This document shows, in pieces, positions 10,457 to 21,831 of a stretch of DNA of 64,000 nt. Each line of letters starts with the position of its first letter. Position 1 is the first letter of the stretch. This DNA is from an uncultured Gemmatimonadales bacterium (GTDB taxonomy: Bacteria; Gemmatimonadota; Gemmatimonadetes; Longimicrobiales; RSA9), in contig CAWCRS010000005.1 of NCBI GenBank assembly GCA_963798085.1, positions 448,001 through 512,000 on the forward strand, given 5' to 3'. The notes under the pieces were generated by a model, which did no database searches, was not told the origin of the DNA, and saw nothing but the letters and a program-made list of their open reading frames with translations. The position numbers and the translations under genes were made by a program.

Positions 10457-11518
10457 ATGGGGACGCGGTCACAGCCGCGATTCCGCCGCTCCGCTTTCGT
10501 GATCCCGGCATCGAGATGGCGCACGGCGCGGGCGGCAAGGCCAGCCGGCGGCTGGTCGAGGGTCTGTTTGCGCCGCTGCTGCTGTCGGGCAGCGGCGCAG
10601 CGCTCGGCGATGCCGCGCGACGTGACGGTGGACGGCACCCGGATGGCGTTGACCACCGACAGCTTCGTGGTGACGCCGCTGCGTTTCCCCGGCGGCTCGA
10701 TCGGCGAGCTGGCCGTCAACGGCACCGTGAACGATCTCGCGGTGTCGGGCGCACGCGCGATCGCGCTGGTCACGACCTTCGTGCTCGAGGCGGGACTGCC
10801 CACGAGGAGCTGGAGGCAGAGGTGCGCGCGATGGCGGCCGCGGCCCGCGCGCGCGGGCGTCGCGATCGTGGGCGGCGACACAAGGTGGTGGAGCACGGCA
10901 AGGCCGACCGGATGTACATCACCACCACCGGCATTGGGCGGCACCATCCCGGGCGTCAGCGCTGGACGCGCGCTCGGTGCGCGCCGGGCGACAAGGTGCT
11001 GCTCTCCGGGCCCGATCGGCGATCACGGGATCACCATTCTGCTGGCGCGCGGGGAACTGGACCTGGAGGCGGACCTGCGCTCGGACACGCGCTCGGTTTT
11101 GCCGCTGGTGGAGGCGCTGGCGGCGGCGGCCGGCGCCGGGCACTTCGCTGGATGCGGGATCCCACCCGCGGCGGCGTGGCGACGTCGCTCAACGAACTGG
11201 CGCGCGACTGCGGCCTGGCGGTGGCATCTCGTCGAGGAGCAGATCCCGATGCGCGACGAGGTGCGCGGCGCCTGCGAGCTGCTCGGGCTGGACCCGCTGC
11301 ACATCGCCAACGAAGGCCAGTTCCTGGCGGTGGTGGCGGCCGGATGCGCGGATGCGGCGCTGGCGGCGCTGCAGCGCGACGCCGGGCGGCGAGGAGGCGC
11401 GCATCATCGGCGAGGTGCGGGACGCAGCCCGCCGCCACGGTGCTGGTGCGACACGCGCTACGGCGGAAGCCGCATCGTGGACATGCTGGTGGGCGATCCG
11501 CTGCCGCGCATCTGTTAG
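10453..11518 (+). CDS. hypE: Hydrogenase maturation protein HypE (several apparent frameshifts)
   Basis: MAHGAGG, TTDSFVV.PL.FPGGSIGELAVNGTVNDLA, MRDPTRGG, ANEG, C-terminal LPRIC across frames. Confidence 0.9.
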
Positions 11519-11526
11519 CGGACAGC

Positions 11527-12736
11527 ATGGGATGGCGAGCCGAGCGATCCACGCTCTGCGACGCGCCGCTCGAGGAAAGGCCTGCTCGAACGCAACGAGC
11601 TCTTCGAGCGACTTCTTCGCCCGGGAAGCGCCGCGCCTGGCCGAGGCCTGCCGCGAGATGTCGTAGCGCTTCCTGCGCGGCGGGCCGGCTGCTGGCGTTC
11701 GGACGGGGGCCGTACGCCACCGACGCGCAGCACGTGTCGGTCGAGTTCGTGCATCCCGGTCATCGTGGGCAAGCGGGCGCTGCCCGCGCTCGATCTCTCG
11801 CTGCTGTTCGGGCCGTGGCTGGAGGCGATCGCTGCAGCCCGAAGACATCGTGATGGGCTTCGGGCCGCCCGACGGCGATCCCGAAGTGCCGGCGGCGCTG
11901 CGACTGGCCGCGGGCCGGGGCGCGATGACATTCGCGCTGCCGGGCAGCGACGGCTCCTATGCCGTGGCGCCGGCGACGCGCCGATCCCTTCATGCACCAG
12001 GAACTGGTCGGAGATTCTCTATCACACGCTCTGGGAACGGTGCACGTCTTCTTCGAGCACCGCGAGCTGGGACACGCATGTCGGGCAGGCCGGCTTTCTG
12101 TATCCGTTCCTCGGGCAGGCGACGCCAGGACGAGCCGGACGCTCCTGCCGAGGTCGCGGCTCCATCCGCATGAAGGTGGCGGACGATGCGCAGCTGCGGC
12201 GCCGGGTGGCGCGGGAGCAGGCCGAGCCGATCAGCCGATGCCACGCGTGGCCATCAGCGAGCGGCTGGCGCGGGGCGGCAAGCTCATCATGCTCGGCAAC
12301 GGCGGCTCGGCGACCGACGCCAACGACTTGGCGCTCGATTGCGTGGCGCCGCCGCCCGGGTACGCGGCCGCTGCCGGCCATCTCGCTGGCGCTCGAGCCC
12401 GCCAACATCACGGCGATCGCGAATGATGTCGGCATCGACGTCGTTTTCCTGCGCCAGCTGATCGCCCATGGCGCAGCCCGGACGATGTGGTGATCGCGAT
12501 CTCCACCAGCGGCGGCTCGCGCAATATCATCGTGGCGCTGGAGGAGGCGCGTCGGCGGGGTTTGCTGACGCGTGGCACTGCTGGGCTACGACGGTGGCGA
12601 GATCCGGCGCCGCGGGCTGGCCGATTTTTCGCTCGTCGTGCAGTCCGACTACATCCCGCGCATCCAGGAAGTGCAGGCGAGCATCTACCACATCATGCGC
12701 GAAGGACTGGAGCAGGCGAGGCATGGCGCGCATTGA
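11527..12736 (+). CDS. SIS-domain (GmhA/phosphoheptose isomerase-like) protein, multiply frameshifted
   Basis: TDAQHVSVEFVHP, GKRALPA, GNGGSATDAND, ITAIAND, ISTSGGSRN, IPRIQEVQ distributed over frames. Confidence 0.75.
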
Positions 12737-13019
12737 GCTGTACGGCACGGCGGGCTGTCAGGCCACGCAGGACATGCGCGAGTGGCTGGACTGGCGCGGC
12801 GTCGAGTTTGCCGAATTCGATGTCGAGGCGGACCCGCAGGCGAGGGAGCGGCTGCGCGCGCTGGCGGGCGATCCGCGCACGGTGCCCGTACTCATTGAGG
12901 ACGGACGCGTGGCGCAGGTAGGCTGGCAGGGTCGCGGTTGCGTCATTGGCGACCACACGCCCGGGAACATGCAGGCGGGGATGAGCCCGCCGCCCTTGTC
13001 GAGTCGGATGGGCGGCTGA
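12723..13019 (+). CDS. Glutaredoxin-like protein
   Basis: IELYGTAGCQAT, EFDVEAD, RTVPVL (cis-Pro motif), GWQGRGC. Confidence 0.75.
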   Translation: MARIELYGTAGCQATQDMREWLDWRGVEFAEFDVEADPQARERLRALAGDPRTVPVLIEDGRVAQVGWQGRGCVIGDHTPGNMQAGMSPPPLSSRMGG

Positions 13020-13021
13020 CC

Positions 13022-13366
13022 ATGCACGAGTTGTCGATTGCCCTGAGCCTGGTGGATGCAGCGCGCGAGGAGGGCGAGCGACTGGGCACGCCGGTGCTGG
13101 CCGTACACGTGCGCGTGGGTCGCCTCTCGGGCGTGGTGAGCGAGGCGCTGCTCTCCTGCTACGAGATCGCGTGCCACGAGACACCGCTGCAGGGCTCGCG
13201 ACTGGTGATCGAGGAAGTGCCCGTGGTGGTCTTCTGCGATGACTGCCGCGCGCAGCGGGACCTGCCCCTGGGCTCGTGGTTCACGTGTCCGGAGTGCGGC
13301 GCGCCGACGCCCGATGTGCGGCAGGGTCGCGAGCTGGAGCTGGTGGCGCTGGAGGTGGCGGCGTGA
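13022..13366 (+). CDS. hypA: Nickel metallochaperone HypA
   Basis: MHELSIA, CDDC...CPECG, GRELEL. Confidence 0.95.
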   Translation: MHELSIALSLVDAAREEGERLGTPVLAVHVRVGRLSGVVSEALLSCYEIACHETPLQGSRLVIEEVPVVVFCDDCRAQRDLPLGSWFTCPECGAPTPDVRQGRELELVALEVAA

Positions 13367-14070
13367 GCACGGAACCGCGTCTGGTCGAGGTGCGCAGGAA
13401 CGTGCTCAAGGAGAACGATCGTGCAGCCCGCCAGTTGCGCGAGCAGTTCCGCGCCGCGGGCGTCTGCACGGTGAGCCTGGTCTCGGGTCCGGGCTCGGGC
13501 AAGACGATGTTCCTGGAGCGCACGCTGACGCTGCTGCAGCCCGGATACCGTGTGGCCGCGCTCGTGGGTGACCTGGCAACCGAAAACGATGCGCAGCGAC
13601 TCGCGCGCAGCAAGGCACCGGTGCGCCAGATCGTGACCGGCACAGTCTGTCACCTGGAAGCCGCGATGGTGCAGCGGGCGGCAGAAGGCTGGGACTTCGG
13701 ACAGCTCGACTTCCTCTTCATCGAGAACGTGGGCAACCTGGTGTGTCCCGCATCGTTCGATCTCGGCGAAGAACTGCGGCTCGTCCTGATGTCCGTGACG
13801 GAAGGCGAAGACAAGCCCCTCAAGTACCCTACCATCTTCAACACCGCGGACGTCGCGATCATCACGAAGCTGGACCTGGCCGCCGCGGTGGAGTTCGACC
13901 AAGACACCGCCACGCGCAACATCCTCGCCGTGCGTCCGGGTATGCCGATTCTGTGCGTGTCGGCGCGCACCGGTGAGGGCATGAGCACGTGGCTCGAGCT
14001 GCTGGCCTCGCGCCGGCGGCAGCTGCACGCTTCGGGGAGCGACCACGCCGCACTGTCGGGAGCGCTGTAA
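13363..14070 (+). CDS. hypB: Nickel-insertion GTPase HypB
   Basis: GPGSGKT, CHLEA, ENVGNLVCPA, EGEDKPLKYP, TKLD. Confidence 0.95.
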   Translation: MSTEPRLVEVRRNVLKENDRAARQLREQFRAAGVCTVSLVSGPGSGKTMFLERTLTLLQPGYRVAALVGDLATENDAQRLARSKAPVRQIVTGTVCHLEAAMVQRAAEGWDFGQLDFLFIENVGNLVCPASFDLGEELRLVLMSVTEGEDKPLKYPTIFNTADVAIITKLDLAAAVEFDQDTATRNILAVRPGMPILCVSARTGEGMSTWLELLASRRRQLHASGSDHAALSGAL

Positions 14071-14251
14071 GACACACGCCCACCTTCCCTGTGCCGCGCA
14101 CACACGCCGCACGAGCCCCGGCATTGCACCACCCGTCGTCGCCTGCAAGGTGCACAGATGGAGGCGCGCCGGGCTTCCCTAACAACGAGTCAGGGGCGCG
14201 CGCGGCCGGGCGCGGAGCCTGGCTGCGACCGCGGTGGCCGATGGGTGCGGA

Positions 14252-14464
14252 TCAGGCGCGGCGCGAGCGCGGGAGCAGAGCCATGAAGTGACGCGTGCAG
14301 CTGCGGCAGTAGCGCCAGCGCAGGCGGCGGAAGATTGTCGATGCCAGGAAGACGTGGGAGGACCGGCGGAACGGTTCCATGGTGTCCGATGACGAGCAGA
14401 AGGGGCAGACGGGAAGATGCCGCCTGCGTGCTTCGCTGTTTGAATCGACACTGGCAGCGGTCAT
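14252..14464 (-). CDS. Small hypothetical zinc-ribbon protein
   Basis: CPFC...RYCRSC paired Cys motifs; start codon uncertain. Confidence 0.4.
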   Translation of the reverse strand: MTAASVDSNSEARRRHLPVCPFCSSSDTMEPFRRSSHVFLASTIFRRLRWRYCRSCTRHFMALLPRSRRA

Positions 14465-14988
14465 CGTTCCCGGCACGATGAGAGGCAGGCCGGCACTGGC
14501 ACCGCCCCGGCCCTGATCCGGGATCGATTCCGCCTGCGTCGGCTCGATGACAGCCTCGGGCAAAGGTGCGGCCAGTTCGGCCGCCTCCGCGCGCTCCATC
14601 CTCGGATCCACGATCTGCCTGTCCAGAAGCGATTTACACCCGGTGAACCGGAAGAGATGACGAGCTTGTCATGCATCCACCTGTGGCGCGAACTCCCGGT
14701 CCGACGACCGCCCGCTACAGCCCGGTACACGCTCAGGGTCTCGTGCCGCAGCTCTGGCGAACCCGCGCCCGGCCAGAAGGTCGGCAGCAGCCCGTGCGCG
14801 GTGCGTCTCCATGATAGGCCCTGGCCCGTATGCGCCGCCAGTTGCACAGCGGGGGCGGAGCGGAATTTCGCTTCGAGACGCTGGTCACAATGAAGCATGG
14901 CATTCGTCTCTCGCCAGCCGGAGCGTGGCGGCGTAGGTTGGGAGCTTCCCCTTCACCTCAATCCGTCGTCGGACGGGGAGTCGATCAC

Positions 14989-17900
14989 ATGCTCGCAGCC
15001 CGTCGATTCATGCTGGCAGGAGCGCTGGGCGGAATGCTCGCCAGCGCCGGCGTGCAGGCGCAGGCGACGCCCGCCACGCAGCAGGGCAACAAGCGGATCA
15101 CGCCTGAGGACATGCGCGCGTGGAATACGATCCGGCAGAGCGCGCTGTCGGGTGATGGCAAGTGGTTCGCGTACGTGGTAGCGCCGGCCGAGGGCGATGC
15201 CACCGTAGTGCTGCGCGGCACGGCGCAGAACGCGACGGAGACCCGCATTCCCGTGGGCGAGGGCGGCGGTCAGATCGCGATTTCGGGCGATTCGAAATGG
15301 CTGGGCTTCATTGTGGCGCCGCCGCGTCCGCCAGCGGGCGCGAATCGCGGCGGCCGGGGCGGCCGCGGTGGTCGGGGCGGCGGTGGCGGCGGGCAAGGCG
15401 CGGATTCGGCGGCCAGTCGCGCCGCCAACAAGTTCGTGCTGATGAATCTGGCGACGGGCGAGAGGAAGGAATTCGATCGCATCCGCCGCTTCAGCTTCAG
15501 CGGCGACGCCCCGGTGTGGGTGGCGCTGGGCGGCTATCCGGTGGAAGGGGGCGCGCCGTCGGCGGGGGCAGCGCCCGCGGGGCGCGGCGGTCGCGGCGGC
15601 TTCCCGGGCGGGGCGGACTCCGGTTCGGAATCGGGCGGCGGCGGCGATCTGCTGCTGTACAACCTGGCGGGCGGCCAGCTGTTCAACATGGGCGTGGTGG
15701 GCGAGTACGCGTTCGACGACGCGGGCACGTGGCTGGCCTACACGATGGACGCGCCGGACCAGGTGGGCAACGGCGTGCAGCTGCGCAGTCTGAACACAAA
15801 CATCGTGTTATCACTGGAGAGCGACCGCCTGCTCTACCGGCACCTGGCCTGGCAGGACAGCACGGAAGTGCTGACCGTGATGCGCGGGAAGATCGATGAC
15901 GCGTCGCACGACACGGTGTTCTCGATCGAGGCGTTCAGTGGCATCAGTGACAGCGGCGCGAAGAACAAGCTGCTGTTCGATCCCGCAGGGCGGAACGACT
16001 TCCCGACAGGGATGAAGCTGGCATCGGAGCGCTCGCCGCACTTCGCGGATGATCTGTCGGCGGTGTTCTTCGGCATTCGCGAGGCGGCGAAGCCGGTGCC
16101 GCGCAACGGGCTGGCGGCGAACGGCCGGGGCTCGGCGATCCAGCCGGGAGCGCCCGGACCGGGCGGCACCATCAATCAGGGCCGCGGCGGCAGTGGCAGC
16201 AACGCGGATGAGGATCCCACGCTCATTCTCTGGCACGCGAAGGACCCGCGGCTGCAGTCGCAGCAGATCGTGCAGGAAGCGGCGGACCGCGCCTTCAACT
16301 ACCTGGCCGAATATCGCTTCAGCGACAACCGCTTCGTGCGCCTGGCGGATGACTCGCTGCGCAACGTGACCGTGACGTCGGGCGAGAAGTACGCATACGG
16401 CATCGACACGCGGGCCTACGACCAGGTGGCGAGCTACTCCGGGCGCAACTACCAGGACTTCTATCGCGTCGACCTGCGCACGGGCGCGCGCAAACTGGTC
16501 ATGAAGAAGAAGCCCGCGGTGGGTGGCATGACGCAGTCGCCGGACGGGCGCAAACTGCTCTACTGGGGCGACGACGGCAACTACTGGGTGCTGGACCTGG
16601 CGAATGGCGAGTCAGCCAACATCACGAAGGGTCTGGCGGCCAGTTTCGTGAACACGGAAGACGACCACAACAACCTGTATCCGCCGGCGATCCCGGCGCG
16701 CGGCTGGACCAAGGATGGCTCCGCCGTGCTGCTCTATGACAACTGGGACGTGTGGAAGGTACCGGTGAAGCCGGGCAGCGCCGTGGCCGTGAACCTCACC
16801 GGCGACGGCAGGAAGAACCAGATCCGCTATCAGCGCATTTACGAATTCGCTCGCAATGGCGGCGCGGCAGGCGGCGGTCGCGGTGGTCGCGGCGGCGGCG
16901 CGGGCCGCGGCGGCGGGCCAGGCGGCGGCAGGGCATCGACGTGTCGCAGCCGCTCTATTTCGGCACGTACGGCGAGTGGACCAAGAAGGAGGGGCTTGCG
17001 CGGGTGGATCCGGGCCAGGCGGGCGCGAAGAGCCTGTTCTTCGACGATGCGCGCTACAACATCGTCAAGGCCGACGATGCCGACGCCTACCTCTACACCA
17101 AGCAGACGTTTACGGAATACCCGGACTGGTGGGTCTTCAACAATGGCTTCAAGGGCGGCTACAAGATCACGGATGTGAATCCGCAGATGAAGGATTTCGC
17201 GTGGTCGAGCGGCACCCGGCTGATCGACTACACGAGCGACAAGGGCGACAAGCTGCAGGGAGCGCTGTACCTGCCGGCGAACTATCAGCCGGGCAAGAAG
17301 TATCCGCTGCTCGTGACGATCTACGAGAAGCGCTCACAGCAGAAGAACAGCTTCGTTTCACCCAGCGAGACGCGGGCGCCGGATCCCACGCTGTACACGA
17401 ACCGCGGCTATGCGGTGCTCGACCCGGACATCGTCTATCGCGTGAACGATCCGGGCATGTCGGCGGTGTGGTGCGTGGTGCCCGCGGTGAAGGCGGCGAT
17501 CGCGACGGGTATCGTGGATCCGGCGAAGGTCGGGTCTCTGGGGTCACTCGTGGGGGGGCTACCAGACCGCGTTCCTGGTGACGCAGACCAACATCTTCTC
17601 GGCTGCGATCGCGGGGGCACCGCTCACGGACATGGTGAGCATGTACAGCTCGATCTACTGGAACACGGGGGGCGCGAACCAGGCGATCTTCGAGTCGAGC
17701 CAGGGCCGCTTCAAGGGCAACTTCCTGGATAACTACGACGCGTACATCCGCAACTCGCCGGTATTCCACGCGAACAACGTGAAGACGCCGCTGATCATCC
17801 TGCACAACGACAAGGATGGCGCGGTCGATTTCAATCAGGGCATCACGTACTTCAACACGCTGCGCCAGCTGGGCAAGGACGTGATCCTGCTGGAGTACGT

Positions 17901-18099
17901 CGGCGAGAATCACGGGCTGGCGCGACCGGTGAACCAGAAGGACTACGCGATCCGCATGGGCGAGTGGTTCGACTACCATCTGAAGGGCGAGCCGGCCACG
18001 GACTGGATCAAGAACGGCGTGCCCCGCATCAAGATGGAGGAGCACCTGCAGATGCGTAAGGACACGGTGCCGCGCGCCATCTCGAACAACAACAACTGA
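14989..18099 (+). CDS. Exported S9 (prolyl oligopeptidase family) peptidase with beta-propeller; apparent frameshifts near 16930 and 17535
   Basis: Signal peptide, GHSWGGYQT nucleophile at about 17540, DGAVD Asp, ENHGL His. Confidence 0.85.
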
Positions 18100-18123
18100 G
18101 CGCGTGCACGGAGCTGTGCGCGC

Positions 18124-18156
18124 GAACGGCCGCCGGATTCATTCCGGCGGCCGTTC
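18124..18156 (+). terminator. GC-rich hairpin after the S9 peptidase
   Basis: GAACGGCCGCCGGA-ttcat-TCCGGCGGCCGTTC, perfect 14-bp stem; no U-tract. Confidence 0.55.
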
Positions 18157-18239
18157 CTGCATCCGCGCTGCCGGCTCCGCGGCGGGCGTAGTGAAAACCC
18201 TGCTTGCGAAATGACGGACCAGCGGCAATCGTGACGGCC

Positions 18240-19046
18240 ATGACAAGCTGGGTGGCGGTGCTCGCGCTGGGGTTCTTCCTGGGGATGCGTCATGCGACGG
18301 ATCCCGATCACGTCCTCGCCGTGACGACGATCGTGTCGCGGTACCGGTCCGTCCGCGATGCGGCGCTGGTCGGGTTTTTCTGGGGCATTGGCCACACCCT
18401 GACCATTCTGGCCGTGGGCACCGGCATTGTGCTGTTCGGCTGGGTGATCCCGCCGCGGCTCGGCCTGTCGATGGAGTTCTCGGTGGGCCTCATGCTGATC
18501 CTGCTGGGCGGCTTCACGCTGGCGAGCGTGCTGCGGCGTGTCGATGAGACGGTGGCGCCGGCGAGGCGGGCGGAGCACACGCATTCGCACGCACACAGTC
18601 ACGGTGACTACATCCACACGCACCCGCACGGACACGGCCCGGACGTGCACCCGCACGCTGCCGAGCGAACGCCGCTCGCGTGGATCGATCGCAGATTCGG
18701 GCGGCTGGGCATCTACCAGATGGTGCGCCCGCTGATCGTGGGCATCGTGCACGGCCTGGCAGGCTCCGCGGCCGTCGCGTTGCTGGTGCTGACCACCATC
18801 CGCAGTCCGGAATGGGCTGTTATCTACCTGCTGATCTTCGGTGTGGGCACGGTCGTGGGGATGATGCTGATCACGGCCGCCATCGCGACGCCGTTCGCGT
18901 ACACACACGCCCGCTTCAGTCGTCTCAGCCGCAATCTGCGCCTTGCTTCCGGCATGCTGAGTCTGGGTTTCGGCCTGCTGATCGCGTACAAGCTGGGCGT
19001 CAGCAACGGCCTGTTCACGGGCCATCCCGTCTGGACACCGCGTTAG
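18240..19046 (+). CDS. High-affinity nickel permease (NiCoT/UreH-like)
   Basis: GMRHATDPDH, GIGHT, His-rich loop, GIVHGLAGSAA, multiple TM helices. Confidence 0.85.
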   Translation: MTSWVAVLALGFFLGMRHATDPDHVLAVTTIVSRYRSVRDAALVGFFWGIGHTLTILAVGTGIVLFGWVIPPRLGLSMEFSVGLMLILLGGFTLASVLRRVDETVAPARRAEHTHSHAHSHGDYIHTHPHGHGPDVHPHAAERTPLAWIDRRFGRLGIYQMVRPLIVGIVHGLAGSAAVALLVLTTIRSPEWAVIYLLIFGVGTVVGMMLITAAIATPFAYTHARFSRLSRNLRLASGMLSLGFGLLIAYKLGVSNGLFTGHPVWTPR

Positions 19047-19113
19047 GACACCGCTGCCGGCACAACGGATTCGGTCCGGCAGGGCGACGACGCATCGTCG
19101 CCTGAACTCCGTT

Positions 19114-20077
19114 TCAGCTGAAGCCGGCGCGGTACTCGGCGAGCGTGACGCCGGGAATGGAGAGCGATGCGATGTGGCCGAACAGGCGCTCGAGGTGCGC
19201 GTAGAGCACGTCGATGTCTGCGGCCGTGCGGAACGTGGGACTGCCCGCGGGCATGAGCTCGGACGAGTGCAGCATGAACTCGATCACCGGCAGCTGGCGC
19301 TGCGTGGCCCAGTCCACGATGCCCAGGAGTGTCTCGATGTTCACGCCGTTGGGGCGCAGCCACAGGTTGGGGGGGCCCATGGTGCGGCGCAGCACACGCC
19401 CCGCGAAGTTGTCCTCGACCACACGGTGCAGCCGCTTGATCATCGCCGAGTGATTCGGGCGGATGGTCATGGGCACTTCCAGCAGCGGCGATGCGCCACT
19501 GCTGGCGATGTCCTGCGGGTCGAGGAAGTAGGGCCGGTCGGGAAAGCCTGTGTAGTCAGGGCCGCCGCGGCCGTGGGCAGCGCCGGGATACTTCTTCCAC
19601 GACACGCCGGGCGTCACCGAGCAGTCCACGAGGTACCCCGCATTGACGAGCACGCGAGCCACGCGCTCGTCGAAGCCCCAGCGACCCGCGCGGTGCGAGA
19701 GCGGCTGCGCCTCGAAGACATCAGCGAGCATGCGTGTCAGGTAGTCCACTTTCGCGCACAGCAACTCATCGGACAGCTCGTACATGTAGAGCTGGTCGCC
19801 ATGGCCATTGCCGTCGACGGGCGGCGAGTCCCACGCGTGCACATGCAGTCCGATCTCGCCAACCGCGCGGCGCAGCACGTCGCGGCCGAAATCCTGGAAG
19901 CGCGGGTCGGCAGCCATCTCCGTAATTCACGAGCCATGTGGGCTTGAAGCCGTAGCGGTCGCAGAGTGACTGGAAGCGCGGCAGGTAGCGCGTGTTCTCG
20001 GTGGTGACTCGCGCGGGCCGGCTCCACAGGTCGTCGCCCTCCGTATCGATCGTGATGATGAAGACAGGCGCGGACAT
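19114..20077 (-). CDS. Polysaccharide deacetylase (WalW-like), apparent frameshift near 19920
   Basis: ITIDTEGD, IGLHVHAWDSPP, SHRAGRWG, DCSVTP, FMLHSSELMP. Confidence 0.8.
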
Positions 20078-21831
20078 CAGGCCTCGTTCAGCGCGGCGAT
20101 CATGCCGGCAACGCTCGCCGCAATGCGTGCGTAGCACTGCTGGAACGCGGCAGTCGGCTGACCCCACGGATCCGCGATCTCGTATCCGGATCCGTCCTCC
20201 GCGAACGAGCCCAGGAAGAAGAGCTTCCTGCGGGCGTGCGGCCAGGTGTCGCTGAGCTCGCGATAGTCGCGGAAATCCATGCACAGGATGGCAGTGGCGC
20301 GATCGATGAGCGTGCGGTCGAGCGTACGTGACCGGTGCGCGTCGAGGTCGAGCTGGTGTTCCCGCGCCGCGCTGCGCGCTTCACCAGGCGATTCACGCCC
20401 CGCCACAGGGTAGGTGCCCGCGGAGATCCACTCGATTCCCTTCCCCCGACGTTCCGGCGAAGCGCGTCGCGCACTCGCCTCGGCAAACGGGCTGCGGCAG
20501 ATGTTGCCACGACAAATGAAAAGCACCGTCCCGCCATTGCGCAACACGCGACGCAGCCGGGCCCGCTGCCGGCGACGCCAGCCCGGCGAGGATCCCAGGC
20601 GGCCGAACAGGGCCCGCCGGGCGCGCATGTTCAGGCGGCGAGGAAACGCATTCGCGGCCCGCCCGATCTCGACGAGGCCGGGCACCGGATCATCCAATGT
20701 GATCGTGTCCCAGTGCTCGCGTCCCAGCACAGTGTTAGACAGACCCTGGGCCGCCATTTTGACGGGCACCACGAGGGCGCGTGCCGTCGAGCCCGCGCAA
20801 GCCATGCGTTCGCGCAGCCAGCCCACATCCTTGCCGGGATTGCGGCAGTAGACGCCCAGGCGGTACGGCGCAGGCGTGGGGCGCCGGCCGTTGACCAGCA
20901 GATCGAACAGGTGGAAGGGGAAATCCAGGCCCGCCGCGACGGCCAGCGGCAGCGATCCCCAGAAGCGCCCGTTGATCTCCATGAGCGCGAACCGGCCGGT
21001 CGCGGGGTCGCGCTTGTACTCGACCATGGCAACACCCGTCCAGCGCAACGCCTCGAGCAGTTTGCGCGAGGCTTCCAGCATGGCCGGGTCGAGCGCGACG
21101 CTCCTGCGGTAGCTGCTGCCGCCGCCGCTGAGCGGCTCGTGCACGCGCTCGTGCTGAAAGGCATCCACGATCTCGCCGCGATCGGCAAGGAACTCCTGCC
21201 CGGCGCCCTCACCCGGGAAATAGCTCTGGATCAGCACCGGGCCAATGCCGAGGAGACCCCCAACCATGCGGGTCAGTTCGCCGGCATCGTTCGCGGAACG
21301 GACCTGGAGGTCGAGTCGTCGCCCATCCTGCCACACCTTGGATGAGACCGGCTTGACGATGAGCGGGAAGCGCCACCGGTCATCGGCGAGAACCGCATTG
21401 AGGTCGTCCAGCGAAGCGACTGCCACTGAATCCGGCGAGGGCACCCCCAGCGTGTCCGCCAGCGCGAATGTCAGGTCCTTGCGATAGCTGTGCGTGAAGC
21501 CGTACTCGTCCGGAATGGCGAGACGGGCGAGCGGCGCGAAGTCGGCGCGGTGCTGCGCCAGCGGCACGAGGCTCTGGTCCGAGCAGGGCAGCACGAGGTC
21601 CATGGGCTCGCGTTCGAGCACTGAACGCACTTCCGCCAGCCACTGACCGGTCTGCAGTCCTGTCGAGGGCAGGAATACGGTGCGCGCGACGTAGCGCGAA
21701 CGGGGCACCACCGAGTCGCTTTCCTCGGTACCGAGCCATACCTCGATGCCCTTCCGTCCGAGCGACCGCACCACCGTGAGACAGCTCCGGTTGTCCTCGC
21801 CAAGGACGAGCGCGCGTGGCCGATCAGGCAT
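20077..21831 (-). CDS. ATP-grasp (carboxylate-amine ligase-like) protein fused to an LMW protein-tyrosine phosphatase domain
   Basis: PLIVKP, AMVEYK, LMEINGRFWGSL; C-terminal FICRGNICRSP and IADPWG. Confidence 0.85.
   Translation of the reverse strand: MPDRPRALVLGEDNRSCLTVVRSLGRKGIEVWLGTEESDSVVPRSRYVARTVFLPSTGLQTGQWLAEVRSVLEREPMDLVLPCSDQSLVPLAQHRADFAPLARLAIPDEYGFTHSYRKDLTFALADTLGVPSPDSVAVASLDDLNAVLADDRWRFPLIVKPVSSKVWQDGRRLDLQVRSANDAGELTRMVGGLLGIGPVLIQSYFPGEGAGQEFLADRGEIVDAFQHERVHEPLSGGGSSYRRSVALDPAMLEASRKLLEALRWTGVAMVEYKRDPATGRFALMEINGRFWGSLPLAVAAGLDFPFHLFDLLVNGRRPTPAPYRLGVYCRNPGKDVGWLRERMACAGSTARALVVPVKMAAQGLSNTVLGREHWDTITLDDPVPGLVEIGRAANAFPRRLNMRARRALFGRLGSSPGWRRRQRARLRRVLRNGGTVLFICRGNICRSPFAEASARRASPERRGKGIEWISAGTYPVAGRESPGEARSAAREHQLDLDAHRSRTLDRTLIDRATAILCMDFRDYRELSDTWPHARRKLFFLGSFAEDGSGYEIADPWGQPTAAFQQCYARIAASVAGMIAALNEA

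Noticed and set aside
10006..11518. Apparent in-frame HypD-HypE fusion
   Set aside because: A GTGA start/stop overlap sits at 10453-10456 where the genes would normally meet, and the region is dense with indels; a single-base error explains the read-through
9960..12700. Pseudogenisation or programmed frameshifting of hypD, hypE and the SIS gene
   Set aside because: Motifs are intact across frames, indels are clustered and no consistent slippery site is present; sequencing error is more likely (also at 36.9-39.8 kb and 44-46 kb)
12723..13019. Selenoprotein glutaredoxin
   Set aside because: The active-site codon is TGT (Cys) and there is no in-frame TGA
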